DNA from: Aulosira sp. ZfuVER01
GTDB lineage: Bacteria; Cyanobacteriota; Cyanobacteriia; Cyanobacteriales; Nostocaceae
Reading direction: 5' to 3'
DNA length: 64,000 bases
NCBI GenBank assembly: GCA_034530615.2
Contig: JAVRCV020000025.1
Coordinates: forward strand, 96,001-160,000
Shown piece by piece: positions 20,535 through 30,283 of this stretch (positions are counted from its first letter, which is position 1; the number at the start of each line of letters is the position of its first letter). The notes under the pieces are model-generated. The model was not told the DNA's origin. It was given only the letters and a program-made list of their open reading frames with translations, and did not search any database. Made by a program: the position numbers and the translations under genes.

Positions 20535-22478
20535 ATGGTAAAAAATTGGGCGATCGCAATTGGTCTTAACCGATATGATTTACTGCAACCGCTAAAATAT
20601 GCCAAGCGGGATGCACAGTTAATGCAGGAGTTTCTCCGCAATGAAGCAGGATTTGAGCCGATATATTTTTTCTCCGATGATTCCCCTGACATTGCTGGAA
20701 AATCGACTCGCCCAAACCGCACTAACTTGCTGCGAATCTTGCGACAGTTATTTGAAAATCCTTTCTTGGGTGCAGGAGATAATTTTTGGTTCTTCTTCAG
20801 TGGTCATGGGATACGCCACAATGACCGCGATTATCTCATGCCCTGTGACGGCGATCCAGAGGATATTGAAAACACCGCAATTGCGATTAACTTTGTCACA
20901 GAACGCTTGCGCCGCTGTGGTGCTGATAACGTTGTCCTGATTTTAGATGCTTGTCGCAGCCTTGCTCAAAAAGGTGGCGAAGGAATTGGGCGACAAACTG
21001 CTGAACAAGCACGTCAACAAGGAGTTATCAGTATTTTTTCCTGTAGTCCTCAGGAATATTCTTATGAAATTGAGGCGTTACAACAAGGTGCTTTTACCAC
21101 TGCGCTATTGGAAGGGTTAGGGATTCAAGGTCAATGCGCTACTGTTGAACGGTTGAACCAGTATCTCAGTTTTCGCGTCTCAGAGATTGTTCAACAACAT
21201 CAAAATGGCAGACAAACACCTTATATTATCGCTGAACCTGTAAATAAATCTCACCTGATACTTGTACCGCAATATGCAACTTTACAGGACATTGCAACGC
21301 TGAAAAATGACGCTTACCAGGCTGAAGTCGCCAAGAATTTTGAACTAGCAGAACAATTATGGATGCGGGTGCTAGCTGCGGCTTCTGGTCAAGATGTGGA
21401 CGCTGTGAGGGCGTTACAAAGGATTGCACGGCTATCGGTGGAGCCTCAATATTCAGAGTCAGCACTCTCTAATACTCAGAACTCTGGGAAGGAAACATCT
21501 ACAAAATCAACACCACCACAGCCACAGTTACCATCGCTTATCTTACCGCGACGGCGCTTCATTCAAATTGTTGGATTAGTAGGGGCTGGGGTCGGTTCGG
21601 CAATTGTCGGAGAACGCTTGTTATCGGGTTCAAAAAATAAATCTCAACCTAAAACACCAGCCAGTTATGTTACCCAAGCTCCCACCTCACAAAATCCCTT
21701 ACAAACCTTTAAATTTGATGTGGTTACAGTGGATGCAAGGGGAAAAATTACCAGCACCAGCACACGGGAAGCGAAATACTTTGTCAAAGATTTGGGGAAT
21801 GGTGTCACCTTAGATATGGTGCAGATACCAGGGGGAACCTTTATGATGGGTTCCCCACAAGGAGAAATAAAACGAAATAACGATGAAGAACAGCATTCAG
21901 TAAAAGTCCCTGAATTTTTCATGGGTAAATACGAAGTCACCCAAGCGCAGTATCAAGCAATCATAGGGAATAATCCTTCCAGTTTCAAAGGTGAAAAAAG
22001 ACCTGTAGAAAATGTGACTTGGAATGATGCGGTGGAATTTTGCCAACAATTAAGTCAGAAAACAAGACAAACCTATCGACTACCCAGTGAAGCCGAATGG
22101 GAATATGCTTGTCGTGCTGGAACAAAAACACCGTTTTATTTTGGCGAAACCATTACCACTGATTTAGTCAACTATGACGGAAATTATACTTATGCCTCTA
22201 CACCAAAAGGTGAAGTTAAATATCGTCGAGAAACAACACCTGTAGGAATATTTCCGCCTAACTCATTCGGTTTATACGATATGCATGGTAATACATGGGA
22301 ATGGTGTCTAGCGAGCGATCGTAATAAATATGAGGGAGAATCAAAAGATGGCAGTACATGGCTGCTGCGCGGTGGTTCTTGGAACTCCCATCCGTGGGGC
22401 TGTCGTAGTGCGAATCGCTTTAAAATCGCGGAACGTAGCAACAATATTGGGTTTCGGTTAGTGTGTGTAGTTGCGTGA
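20535..22478 (+). CDS. Caspase (peptidase C14) - TM - FGE-sulfatase (SUMF1, C-type lectin fold) protein
   Basis: FSGHG and LDACR catalytic dyad; TM near aa 345-362; FMMGS, RLPSEAEWEYACRAG, GLYDMHGN, RGGSW...GFR. Confidence 0.92.
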   Translation: MVKNWAIAIGLNRYDLLQPLKYAKRDAQLMQEFLRNEAGFEPIYFFSDDSPDIAGKSTRPNRTNLLRILRQLFENPFLGAGDNFWFFFSGHGIRHNDRDYLMPCDGDPEDIENTAIAINFVTERLRRCGADNVVLILDACRSLAQKGGEGIGRQTAEQARQQGVISIFSCSPQEYSYEIEALQQGAFTTALLEGLGIQGQCATVERLNQYLSFRVSEIVQQHQNGRQTPYIIAEPVNKSHLILVPQYATLQDIATLKNDAYQAEVAKNFELAEQLWMRVLAAASGQDVDAVRALQRIARLSVEPQYSESALSNTQNSGKETSTKSTPPQPQLPSLILPRRRFIQIVGLVGAGVGSAIVGERLLSGSKNKSQPKTPASYVTQAPTSQNPLQTFKFDVVTVDARGKITSTSTREAKYFVKDLGNGVTLDMVQIPGGTFMMGSPQGEIKRNNDEEQHSVKVPEFFMGKYEVTQAQYQAIIGNNPSSFKGEKRPVENVTWNDAVEFCQQLSQKTRQTYRLPSEAEWEYACRAGTKTPFYFGETITTDLVNYDGNYTYASTPKGEVKYRRETTPVGIFPPNSFGLYDMHGNTWEWCLASDRNKYEGESKDGSTWLLRGGSWNSHPWGCRSANRFKIAERSNNIGFRLVCVVA

Positions 22479-22573
22479 AGACTACCAAAACTCAAAGATG
22501 ATAAATGAATTTCCTTTGCATCGTTGAGCCTTAGCATGAGACATTCATCCCAATAATTAGCAACGTCAACAAA

Positions 22574-23212
22574 TCATATTTGCTCTCTTACCCAAGCCCG
22601 AAACGCTTTCATCGCTGCATTTCTCCCTTCACTTTTACTCCGCATTAAGTACTCAGGAATAAGTTGAGCAATAGGTAAATTCGGAAAAGTAGCACTAGCA
22701 GTAGATGTTACGTATTTACCATTAATCAAAACATTAATTTCCAGCCTAGTTCCCTTCCATCGCCATAATTCAGGCACGCCCAATACTTCATAATTATTAA
22801 ACCGGGTGCGGGAAGTAATATCAATTTCAATCGCTAAATCTGGAGGTGGGTCAACGCTTAAATCAATTCTATCCTTACCACGAACAGCAGCTTCATTTTG
22901 AATGTAGAAACAATCATCAGGTTCCACTCCAGCATCCATTTTTTCTTGGTCAAAAGTAGTAGAACCCAAACTCCAGAATTCTATATTGAGTTCTTCTAAT
23001 AGAGCTTTTACTAAGTCTCCTATAATAACCTTAGCTACCTCATGTTCTGGTAGTGGAGCCATAATTTCCAGCATTCCTTGACTGTAAGATATGCGATAAT
23101 TGTGACGCTCACCCAATTCTGCCAAAATATTTTTATATGCTGACCAGGATATATTTTTAATCAATAACTGATGACCGACAGGTACAATTAGTTGGTTGAG
23201 TTTAAGTAACAT
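22574..23212 (-). CDS. Uma2 family putative endonuclease
   Basis: LEIMAPLPEHE, EPDDCFY, PPDLAIEIDITS, LGVPELW. Confidence 0.92.
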   Translation of the reverse strand: MLLKLNQLIVPVGHQLLIKNISWSAYKNILAELGERHNYRISYSQGMLEIMAPLPEHEVAKVIIGDLVKALLEELNIEFWSLGSTTFDQEKMDAGVEPDDCFYIQNEAAVRGKDRIDLSVDPPPDLAIEIDITSRTRFNNYEVLGVPELWRWKGTRLEINVLINGKYVTSTASATFPNLPIAQLIPEYLMRSKSEGRNAAMKAFRAWVREQI

Positions 23213-23310
23213 AACTTCCCTCGCTTCTAAAGTTCACCTAACTAGTACCAACTCCATCATACAGGCAGTAGTAACGCACCATGATTAATTCCCGAAAAGG
23301 TGCGTTAGCC

Positions 23311-23419
23311 TACTGGCATGGCAAGGCTAAAATGTTGCAATAAAAAATGTTTGTAGTTGCGCTTTAGCGCCCTATCAATTAGGAATCTAATGCACAACTT
23401 TAGCCTTGTCACAGCACTA
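23311..23419. mobile_element. ~110-bp MITE-like element
   Basis: Terminal IR TGGCAAGGCTAAA / TTTAGCCTTGTCA; adjoins a TAACGCACC...GGTGCGTTA REP-like palindrome. Confidence 0.55.
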
Positions 23420-23453
23420 CAATTTTAATTAACTATTTAAAATTATGAATTGT

Positions 23454-26400
23454 TTACTGTGGGACTTTGGGTTGAGTAACGGGAATCTCAATTATAAATT
23501 CTGCTCCTTGTCCTGGTGCGGAATTACAAGATAATTTACCGCTATGTTTATCTACTACAATTTGGTAACTAATTGATAACCCTAATCCAGTTCCTTTACC
23601 CACATCTTTGGTAGTAAAGAAAGGGTCAAATAATTTAGTTCTGATTTCTGGCGGAATTCCCTTACCGTTATCGGAAATTCGGATGGCTACGCAATTTCTA
23701 TTGATAACTTCTGTACAAATGCGAATCTGCGGATTTGCAAAGTCATTTACCACTGACTCTTCTAAAGCATCAATAGCATTACTTAAAATATTCATAAATA
23801 CCTGATTTAATTGACCGGGGTAGCAATCAATTAGGGGAAGTTTTGCATATTCTTTAATTACCGAAATTTCTGGATGATCTGGTTTGGCTTTCAAGCGGTT
23901 GTGTAGAATCATCAAAGTACTATCAAGACCTTCATGGATATCTACCAGCTTAAATTCAGCTTCATCTAAGCGTGAGAAATTGCGGAGTGATAGAACGATT
24001 TCTCGGATACGCTGAGTACCTATCCGCATAGACTGGAGCAGTTTTACTAAGTCTTCCTTGAGAAAATCAAGGTCAATATCTGCAATTTCTGTTTTAATTT
24101 CTTCTGGAGGCTCGGGGTAGTGTTGTTGATAAAGTTCTACCAGCCGCAACAAATCCTTGGTGTACTCACTGGCGGGAATTAGATTACCGTGAATAAAATT
24201 AACTGGATTGTTAATTTCATGGGCAACACCTGCAACCATATTACCTATTGAGGACATTTTCTCACTGTGGATAAGTTGGGTTTGGGTGCGTTGCAATTCG
24301 CTCAGAGTTGCTTCCAAGTTTTGTGCTTGTTGTTGTAATTTAATTTCCGCTTGTTTGCGTTCAGTAATGTCAGTTGATACACCCAAAATTTGCTTGATAT
24401 TTCCTTCATCATCCCGGTTGAAAGGCGTTTCCCGACTATAGAGCCAGCACCACTCGCCATTAGGCCGTCTGACTCGAAATTCAAATTCAACAATATCACC
24501 ATCTTTGGCGGTCAGAAATTTCTCATGATGATGTCTGATTGGTTCCCAATCATCTGGATGCATAATGGTGGGAATCAGATTTTCTCCCATCTGGTAAATT
24601 TCTGCATTAGAGTAACCGAGAAGAGTAGAAATTTCTTGATTTGCGTAAACATTGCGCTGTTCTTCTAAATCGAAAATGTAGAGAATATTAGGAGACGAAT
24701 CGGCAATACGTTGAATGAAATGCTGACTAGCTTGGAGTGCTTCTTCTGCTTGTTTGCGCTCTGTAATATTTAATGTTGTCTCTACGAGTCGATAAATTCG
24801 ACCTTCGCTATTTTTTAGAGGATTGATTGTAGTTAGCCACCAGGTTTCCTGGTCATTAAAAGTCAAACATTCTTCATAAGAAATACCAGTACCAGCTTCT
24901 ACACAGCTTTTATACCGTTGACTCACTGCTGCACCTTCAATCTTTCCATGCAACTGTTCTGGAGTTTTACCAACAATTTTTGCATGATTAATTCCTACTA
25001 TTTTTTCTGCTGAGGAGTTACAACCAGCCAAACGAAATTCACCATTTTCTAGCACATTGACGATAAATATTAATTGGGGAACTCCATCATAAATACTGCG
25101 TAAGAATTGTTCTTGTTCTTTTAATTTAGCTTCTGCCTGTTTACGTTCGCTGATATCACGAGTAATTGTTGCCAAACACAAAGGATCTCCAGTCTCAGAA
25201 TTATTAACCATGAATATATTAAAATCAACTGGGATTGCTTCTTCGGTTTGAATGTTTCGGAAACGAAATTCTCCTTGCCATAAGCCACTTTCTACGACTG
25301 TAGGTAGAATGTATCGGCGCATATATTCTCTATCTTCTAGGAAGATGCAATCAATAATTCTGAAGTCTTCAACAGTTTCTAAATTATCAATACCAATTAG
25401 CGTTAATCCAGCTTCATTAATAAACATTGGTTTTCCTTCTAAGCTGGTAAACCCAATGAAGTCACTGCTATTTTCAATGAGAGAAACAAATCTTTGTCGT
25501 TCTTGTTCAGCTTGTTTGCGTTCTGTGATGTCAGTCGCCGTTACCACCAACTGAGAAATTCTTGAAGTGCTGTCTAAAAGAGGTGTGATATTTAATAGCC
25601 ACCAAGTTTCTCTGTCATGAGCATAAAAAAACTCCTCATAGAATACGCTCTTGCCCAGATTGATACATTCACGATAGCGTTGGCAATAGTAATGTGCCAT
25701 ATCAGCAGGTAAGGCTTCTGCTATTGTTTTTCCCACGAAAGATTCCAGGGGAATGGGACTATTTCTGAGCATGGCTGGATTGAATTTAACGTAACGAAAC
25801 TCTCCGCCATCATCTAAAACATCCAAGACATAGATGCCATAGTCCACACCTTCCCAGATGCTTTGTAAAAACTGTGCCTGCGCTTGCAGTTGTTGCTGGA
25901 TTGTTTGGCGTTGGCGTAGCCCGTCGTAGACATCACTAATATCAAATAAGCACCCATACCAAATAACATCTCCTTCTGCTTGGCGCTCTGGTCGGGAGAA
26001 TGCTTTAATCCATTTCTCCTGGCTAGAGGGAGTTATCATCCGCCACTCATTTTCAAAGTTTTGCAGAGTTTGGGCAGATTGCGCAGTTCTTTCCTGAATT
26101 ATAGGAGCATCTTCTGGGTGAATATGGGCAAATACTAAGGACGCATCTTCTTTTATTTGTTCCGGCTCTACTTCTAAAATGTCTCGACATCGTGAAGAAG
26201 CATAGGGAAAAGACATCTTACCATCAGGTGTTAGCTTAAATTCGTAAAGCATACCCGGTACATTATCTGCTAGTCGTTGCAACCTAGCTTCGCTACAACG
26301 CAAAGCCACTGTACGTTCCTCAACTCTGGCTTCTAATTCTTCATTAAGACGTTTGAGTTCTGCTTCTACCTGCTTGCGTTCAGTAATATCTAATAGCACT

Positions 26401-27209
26401 CCACAGAAAATAATATCCCCTTGTTCGTTGCGTATAGGTGTTGAGTCTCCTTGCCACCAAACAATTTCTCCGTTAGGTTTAATTAACCGTCCTTCGTAGT
26501 GCCAAGGAATGGCATTTTCCAAAACCTCTACTACTGAGGCAACATAGTCTTCAATATCCTCTGGATGCACGCGAGCCACAAAGCTATTGAAGTCCTGTAT
26601 CATATCTGTGGCTGTAATACCCGCCAGTTCCCAGATAAAGTCGCTGATATAATCAACTGCCCAAACACCATTACGGTTGGTAAACTGAAAAATTGCACCA
26701 GATATATTAGTAGCAATATCCCTTAACAGCTTTTCGCTGTTAGCTAGGGGTTGTTTGTGGCGATGAGTAATTACTTCTGTAACGATGATGATGCCACCAA
26801 CTGCACCAGAGTCTTCATACCAAGGATGTATCTCCCACTTCACCCATTCAGTTGTCCCGTTGGCACAAGGAAAGGCATCTTCTGGGGATTTCTCAACTGC
26901 ACCTGCTAAACAACGTTGGTAAATTTCCCGCCAACGCTGGGGAATCTGTGGGAATATTTCATAATGAGAGCGACCAATAATGTCCTCATTACCCAAGCTA
27001 TAATCTGCTCGCCAGCGCCGACTAGCCGAGAGGTAGTGCATCTGACGGTCAAATACTGCGATCGCAGCTGGAGTGTATTCTATAAACAAGCGCATCTGCT
27101 GTAGGCTATTTAAGCAGCGATTAGACCCTACTATCTGACGTAGTTCTATCAGCTCTTGTTGAAGAGATTCATAAGTATTTTTATCTACAGAGATGAGATT
27201 GCAAGCCAT
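23454..27209 (-). CDS. Multi-PAS sensor histidine kinase
   Basis: About seven PAS/PAC repeats (DITERK), VAHEINNP, DNGKG, GTGLGL. Confidence 0.93.
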   Translation of the reverse strand: MACNLISVDKNTYESLQQELIELRQIVGSNRCLNSLQQMRLFIEYTPAAIAVFDRQMHYLSASRRWRADYSLGNEDIIGRSHYEIFPQIPQRWREIYQRCLAGAVEKSPEDAFPCANGTTEWVKWEIHPWYEDSGAVGGIIIVTEVITHRHKQPLANSEKLLRDIATNISGAIFQFTNRNGVWAVDYISDFIWELAGITATDMIQDFNSFVARVHPEDIEDYVASVVEVLENAIPWHYEGRLIKPNGEIVWWQGDSTPIRNEQGDIIFCGVLLDITERKQVEAELKRLNEELEARVEERTVALRCSEARLQRLADNVPGMLYEFKLTPDGKMSFPYASSRCRDILEVEPEQIKEDASLVFAHIHPEDAPIIQERTAQSAQTLQNFENEWRMITPSSQEKWIKAFSRPERQAEGDVIWYGCLFDISDVYDGLRQRQTIQQQLQAQAQFLQSIWEGVDYGIYVLDVLDDGGEFRYVKFNPAMLRNSPIPLESFVGKTIAEALPADMAHYYCQRYRECINLGKSVFYEEFFYAHDRETWWLLNITPLLDSTSRISQLVVTATDITERKQAEQERQRFVSLIENSSDFIGFTSLEGKPMFINEAGLTLIGIDNLETVEDFRIIDCIFLEDREYMRRYILPTVVESGLWQGEFRFRNIQTEEAIPVDFNIFMVNNSETGDPLCLATITRDISERKQAEAKLKEQEQFLRSIYDGVPQLIFIVNVLENGEFRLAGCNSSAEKIVGINHAKIVGKTPEQLHGKIEGAAVSQRYKSCVEAGTGISYEECLTFNDQETWWLTTINPLKNSEGRIYRLVETTLNITERKQAEEALQASQHFIQRIADSSPNILYIFDLEEQRNVYANQEISTLLGYSNAEIYQMGENLIPTIMHPDDWEPIRHHHEKFLTAKDGDIVEFEFRVRRPNGEWCWLYSRETPFNRDDEGNIKQILGVSTDITERKQAEIKLQQQAQNLEATLSELQRTQTQLIHSEKMSSIGNMVAGVAHEINNPVNFIHGNLIPASEYTKDLLRLVELYQQHYPEPPEEIKTEIADIDLDFLKEDLVKLLQSMRIGTQRIREIVLSLRNFSRLDEAEFKLVDIHEGLDSTLMILHNRLKAKPDHPEISVIKEYAKLPLIDCYPGQLNQVFMNILSNAIDALEESVVNDFANPQIRICTEVINRNCVAIRISDNGKGIPPEIRTKLFDPFFTTKDVGKGTGLGLSISYQIVVDKHSGKLSCNSAPGQGAEFIIEIPVTQPKVPQ
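25911..25931 (-). repeat. 21-nt SDR5-like insertion in a HIP1-derived site, in frame
   Basis: Minus strand GTGAT[GTCTACGACGGGCTACGCCAA]CGC. Confidence 0.8.
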
Positions 27210-27344
27210 AGTGTTGTTACTTGCCAGCTAAGGAAATACAGGCAACTTCAGCATTTATTGTTCCCAATTCAATTAAACAAACAACATTATGGCTAACTAA
27301 AATTAAGCAAACCTCATAAAATTTCTTAATCTTTTGCCTTCTTT

Positions 27345-28814
27345 TCAACTCAGTAATTCACCCAACTGATGCTGAATCAACAATCTTTTAAGTGTTGCAT
27401 TTTCAGCCTTCAAAGCCTGAGTTTCTGCTTCTAATTCACTAATTCTTGCCTTCAATGCTTCCTTAGTTGTACCTTGTCTATGAATAACAACTTCTCGATA
27501 AATTGCTAAATTTGCATCTTCATTCATCCATCTTTGATATGTCTTGGTATGCTCTTGTACTGTATGTCCCATGTAATCTGCCATCGTTTTAATCGGAACT
27601 TGCAGGCGATGTCCGCGGATGGCATAAGCGTGACGTAATTCGTAAGGTCTAAAACCTAAATTAGTAGCTCTAAATCTGATATGTAGTTTTGCAGTTTTAT
27701 TGCTGAGTGTCCCTTCGTTATAAGGAAATTTCACATTTTTTAAATCAAATAATTCTACCCAATGAGGATGTAATGGCGGAATTCCACAACTGCGCTCACC
27801 AGTTTTAGTACCCTCTGTTAAAGTCGGATTTAAATTGACTAAATGAAAAGTATTATGAGAGTTAGTAAAAGCTTCTATATCTACAGCAAATAATTCATGC
27901 GGTCTTAAGCCATAAGTCGCTAACATCCCATAAGCCCATTGCCATTGTTCCGGCTGTGTTAGATTCTCTCTACTGGCATAAGCTGATAAAGGTAGACCAA
28001 TTTTAGTAAAGCCTTGGATAATTTCTTCATCTGATGGTACTTTGCGAATTGTTGGATAAGGCTTAGGAGTTGCATAAGCATCAATTGTTTTTAAGCCATT
28101 AATCCCGCAAAATTCACAAAACTTCTTTAGTTGCCATACTAAAAAAAACCTCCCTGATGTATTAGGTTTCGTTCTTTCTAGCGCTTTCTCTAAAGCATAT
28201 AAAGACATCGGCACATCTTGAGGAAGCTTCTTCAAATGCCTCATGTAATGAGTTTCCCAAGTCCGGCTACCCTGTCGATTCTTCTCATGAGTTTTCCAAA
28301 ATTCTCGCTGATAATCTTCAATCCATTCACTGATAAGTTTGGTGGAATTCTCCTGTTCTGGAAAAGCTATCTTTTGTGCTTGTTTACCTAATAACTCTGG
28401 TGTCCACCGGAATTGTTTAGTCATCAATAACAAATCTAATTCCCGTGCTTTTACTACTGCCGTTTTAACACCGACATCATTAGCAGCAAACCCAAACGAA
28501 ATGGTATACTGCTTACTTGGACTACCATTTTTTCCGATATCACCGGGTTTACAGGGAAAAGTCCCTTGTAAACCAATAGTCTTAAGGCTAGTTAGCTTAA
28601 GTTTTACCTTCACTCTATCCAAACTTAATGCCGAGTTAGCTTGCGCAATAGCGTGTTTTATCCGAAGATATTCACGCTCTGTTTTTACACCTTCGTCTGA
28701 TGGGGAATGCTTGGCTTTCCATTGTTTCCACTTGGATGGCTCCCATTGGTCAATTCCCATACCATCCCATTCAGCATTACGGAGGTCGTAGTTATTGGAT
28801 TCATTGCTAGACAT
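27345..28814 (-). CDS. XisA/XisC-like tyrosine site-specific recombinase
   Basis: PCKPGD..KQYTIS..AN..GVKTA N-terminal region; GLRPHE, KTGER, PYELRHAYAIR, MGH, HTKTYQRW; C-terminal coiled coil. Confidence 0.88.
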   Translation of the reverse strand: MSSNESNNYDLRNAEWDGMGIDQWEPSKWKQWKAKHSPSDEGVKTEREYLRIKHAIAQANSALSLDRVKVKLKLTSLKTIGLQGTFPCKPGDIGKNGSPSKQYTISFGFAANDVGVKTAVVKARELDLLLMTKQFRWTPELLGKQAQKIAFPEQENSTKLISEWIEDYQREFWKTHEKNRQGSRTWETHYMRHLKKLPQDVPMSLYALEKALERTKPNTSGRFFLVWQLKKFCEFCGINGLKTIDAYATPKPYPTIRKVPSDEEIIQGFTKIGLPLSAYASRENLTQPEQWQWAYGMLATYGLRPHELFAVDIEAFTNSHNTFHLVNLNPTLTEGTKTGERSCGIPPLHPHWVELFDLKNVKFPYNEGTLSNKTAKLHIRFRATNLGFRPYELRHAYAIRGHRLQVPIKTMADYMGHTVQEHTKTYQRWMNEDANLAIYREVVIHRQGTTKEALKARISELEAETQALKAENATLKRLLIQHQLGELLS

Positions 28815-28998
28815 AAGCTTTTGTGGCTAGAGAGTGAAGTGCTGCAATGGTTTTGAAGATAGACAATTACAGCCAGAAAGTAAAGCTGTACAAAGTCCGT
28901 AGTTGAGGCTGGATAAATTGAATCAAAATTGACAATTTTATACGGAAGAGTTACCAGGAACAGTGTAATTAATAGAACAACCCAACAACTCCAAAGCT

Positions 28999-29679
28999 AT
29001 GAGTAATATGATGCACATAACTAAAAGATATTGTTTCCCATTGATTGTTTTGGCGATCGCAGCTAGCCTCAGCAGTTGTAGTTCTAGTCCTACCTCTCGT
29101 CAGGATACTATTAGCGAAACACCAGTGCCAACAACAACATCTGACAGCACATCATCCCCATCCCCCAGTCAAAGCCCTAGTATGGCTCATCTGAGGGCTA
29201 AATCAGACGATGTTGAGACACCCTTACCTAAAGCATCCCCTACAGTAACTACACCTGCCACAGAGTCATCCTTACCCAAAAAATCTCCTACACCAATTGC
29301 ACCTGCTACAACTTCTAAAGTTACTACTGCCAAAACTACCAATGTCACCGTATACACAAGTGACGCTCAATGTCAACAACTGATTGCTCAAAAAGTTCCA
29401 GTATCAGCGGATGAGCCTGTACAAGGTGCGGTAGGTAAAATTCTAGAGCAAAGGGATTCAGGCGACTTTAACTTATCTAGTTACCGAGTTAATGTGAAAA
29501 ATGGCGTTGCTACCGTTGATTTACGGCTAGCACCTAACTCAAAACGACAAATAGCTTCTCTTTCTAGTTGTGAACAATTCGCCCTGTTTGGTAGCCTCCG
29601 TAAAACCCTCACAAGTAATGCTCAATGGAAAATTAAAGATGTGCGCTTTACCGAACGCGGTGAGGAAATTGTGTTTTAG
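28999..29679 (+). CDS. Lipoprotein with a GerMN-like C-terminal domain
   Basis: Lipobox LSSC, S/T/P-rich linker, GVATVDL..SLSSCEQ..LRKTLT. Confidence 0.75.
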   Translation: MSNMMHITKRYCFPLIVLAIAASLSSCSSSPTSRQDTISETPVPTTTSDSTSSPSPSQSPSMAHLRAKSDDVETPLPKASPTVTTPATESSLPKKSPTPIAPATTSKVTTAKTTNVTVYTSDAQCQQLIAQKVPVSADEPVQGAVGKILEQRDSGDFNLSSYRVNVKNGVATVDLRLAPNSKRQIASLSSCEQFALFGSLRKTLTSNAQWKIKDVRFTERGEEIVF

Positions 29680-29787
29680 TGATTTGTCATTTGTCATTAG
29701 TTAACAACTCTCTGTGCTAAATGAGCAATTATTTACTTCTTTCTTTGTGTCTCTGTGGTTAAATTACTTTCTTAAAAATTCCTAAGG

Positions 29788-30075
29788 CTAACTATTTCCA
29801 TCCTTCCCCTGAGTATTAGACAAAAGCCATTGCTCAACCAACTCTGTCATAATCTCGCTCATTTGTCGGTCTTGTGAAGCTGCTGCGGCTTTAAGTTTGC
29901 GATGCAGATGCTTAGGTAGATAGATAGTTGTGCGCGTATATTCTGGGTCAGTACTTTTACTGTGAGAAGTAGGTTTTTCTTCAATTGGCTGTAGGTTGTC
30001 TCGTTGTTGGCGACTACGAGCAGCATCAATTAAATCATCAAAACGGCTAGTTTTTTTCTTATTATTCAAAGTCAA
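29788..30075 (-). CDS. CopG/ParG-like ribbon-helix-helix DNA-binding protein
   Basis: KSTDPEYTRTTIYLPKHLHRKLK..MSEIMTELVEQWL; TTG start after AGGGAG (the ORF extends to 30108). Confidence 0.8.
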   Translation of the reverse strand: MTLNNKKKTSRFDDLIDAARSRQQRDNLQPIEEKPTSHSKSTDPEYTRTTIYLPKHLHRKLKAAAASQDRQMSEIMTELVEQWLLSNTQGKDGNS

Positions 30076-30134
30076 CTTCTCCCTATTTAATTTGTAGATA
30101 ATTAGCAAATAAAAAATTCAGATTCACAATACTA

Positions 30135-30222
30135 ATACCAATTTTAAAAAAGAATACGACAGATACAAAGCCCCAAACAATTGTCCTGTCTGGATTCTTA
30201 ATTTTGAATTTTGAATTGGTAT
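30135..30222 (+). mobile_element. ~88-bp MITE-like repeat
   Basis: ATACCAATT...AATTGGTAT terminal IR; the last 28 nt are the exact reverse complement of 59177-59204. Confidence 0.75.
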
Positions 30223-30283
30223 AAACTCCTCATTTTGAATTTTGCGAAAAGTCTAAGCGGCGGCTTCCGCCGCTCAGAACTTT

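Noticed and set aside
27345..28814. Apparent absence of HIP1 in the recombinase gene as a sign of horizontal transfer
   Set aside because: Gaps of this length also occur in other genes here, so it is not informative without statistics.
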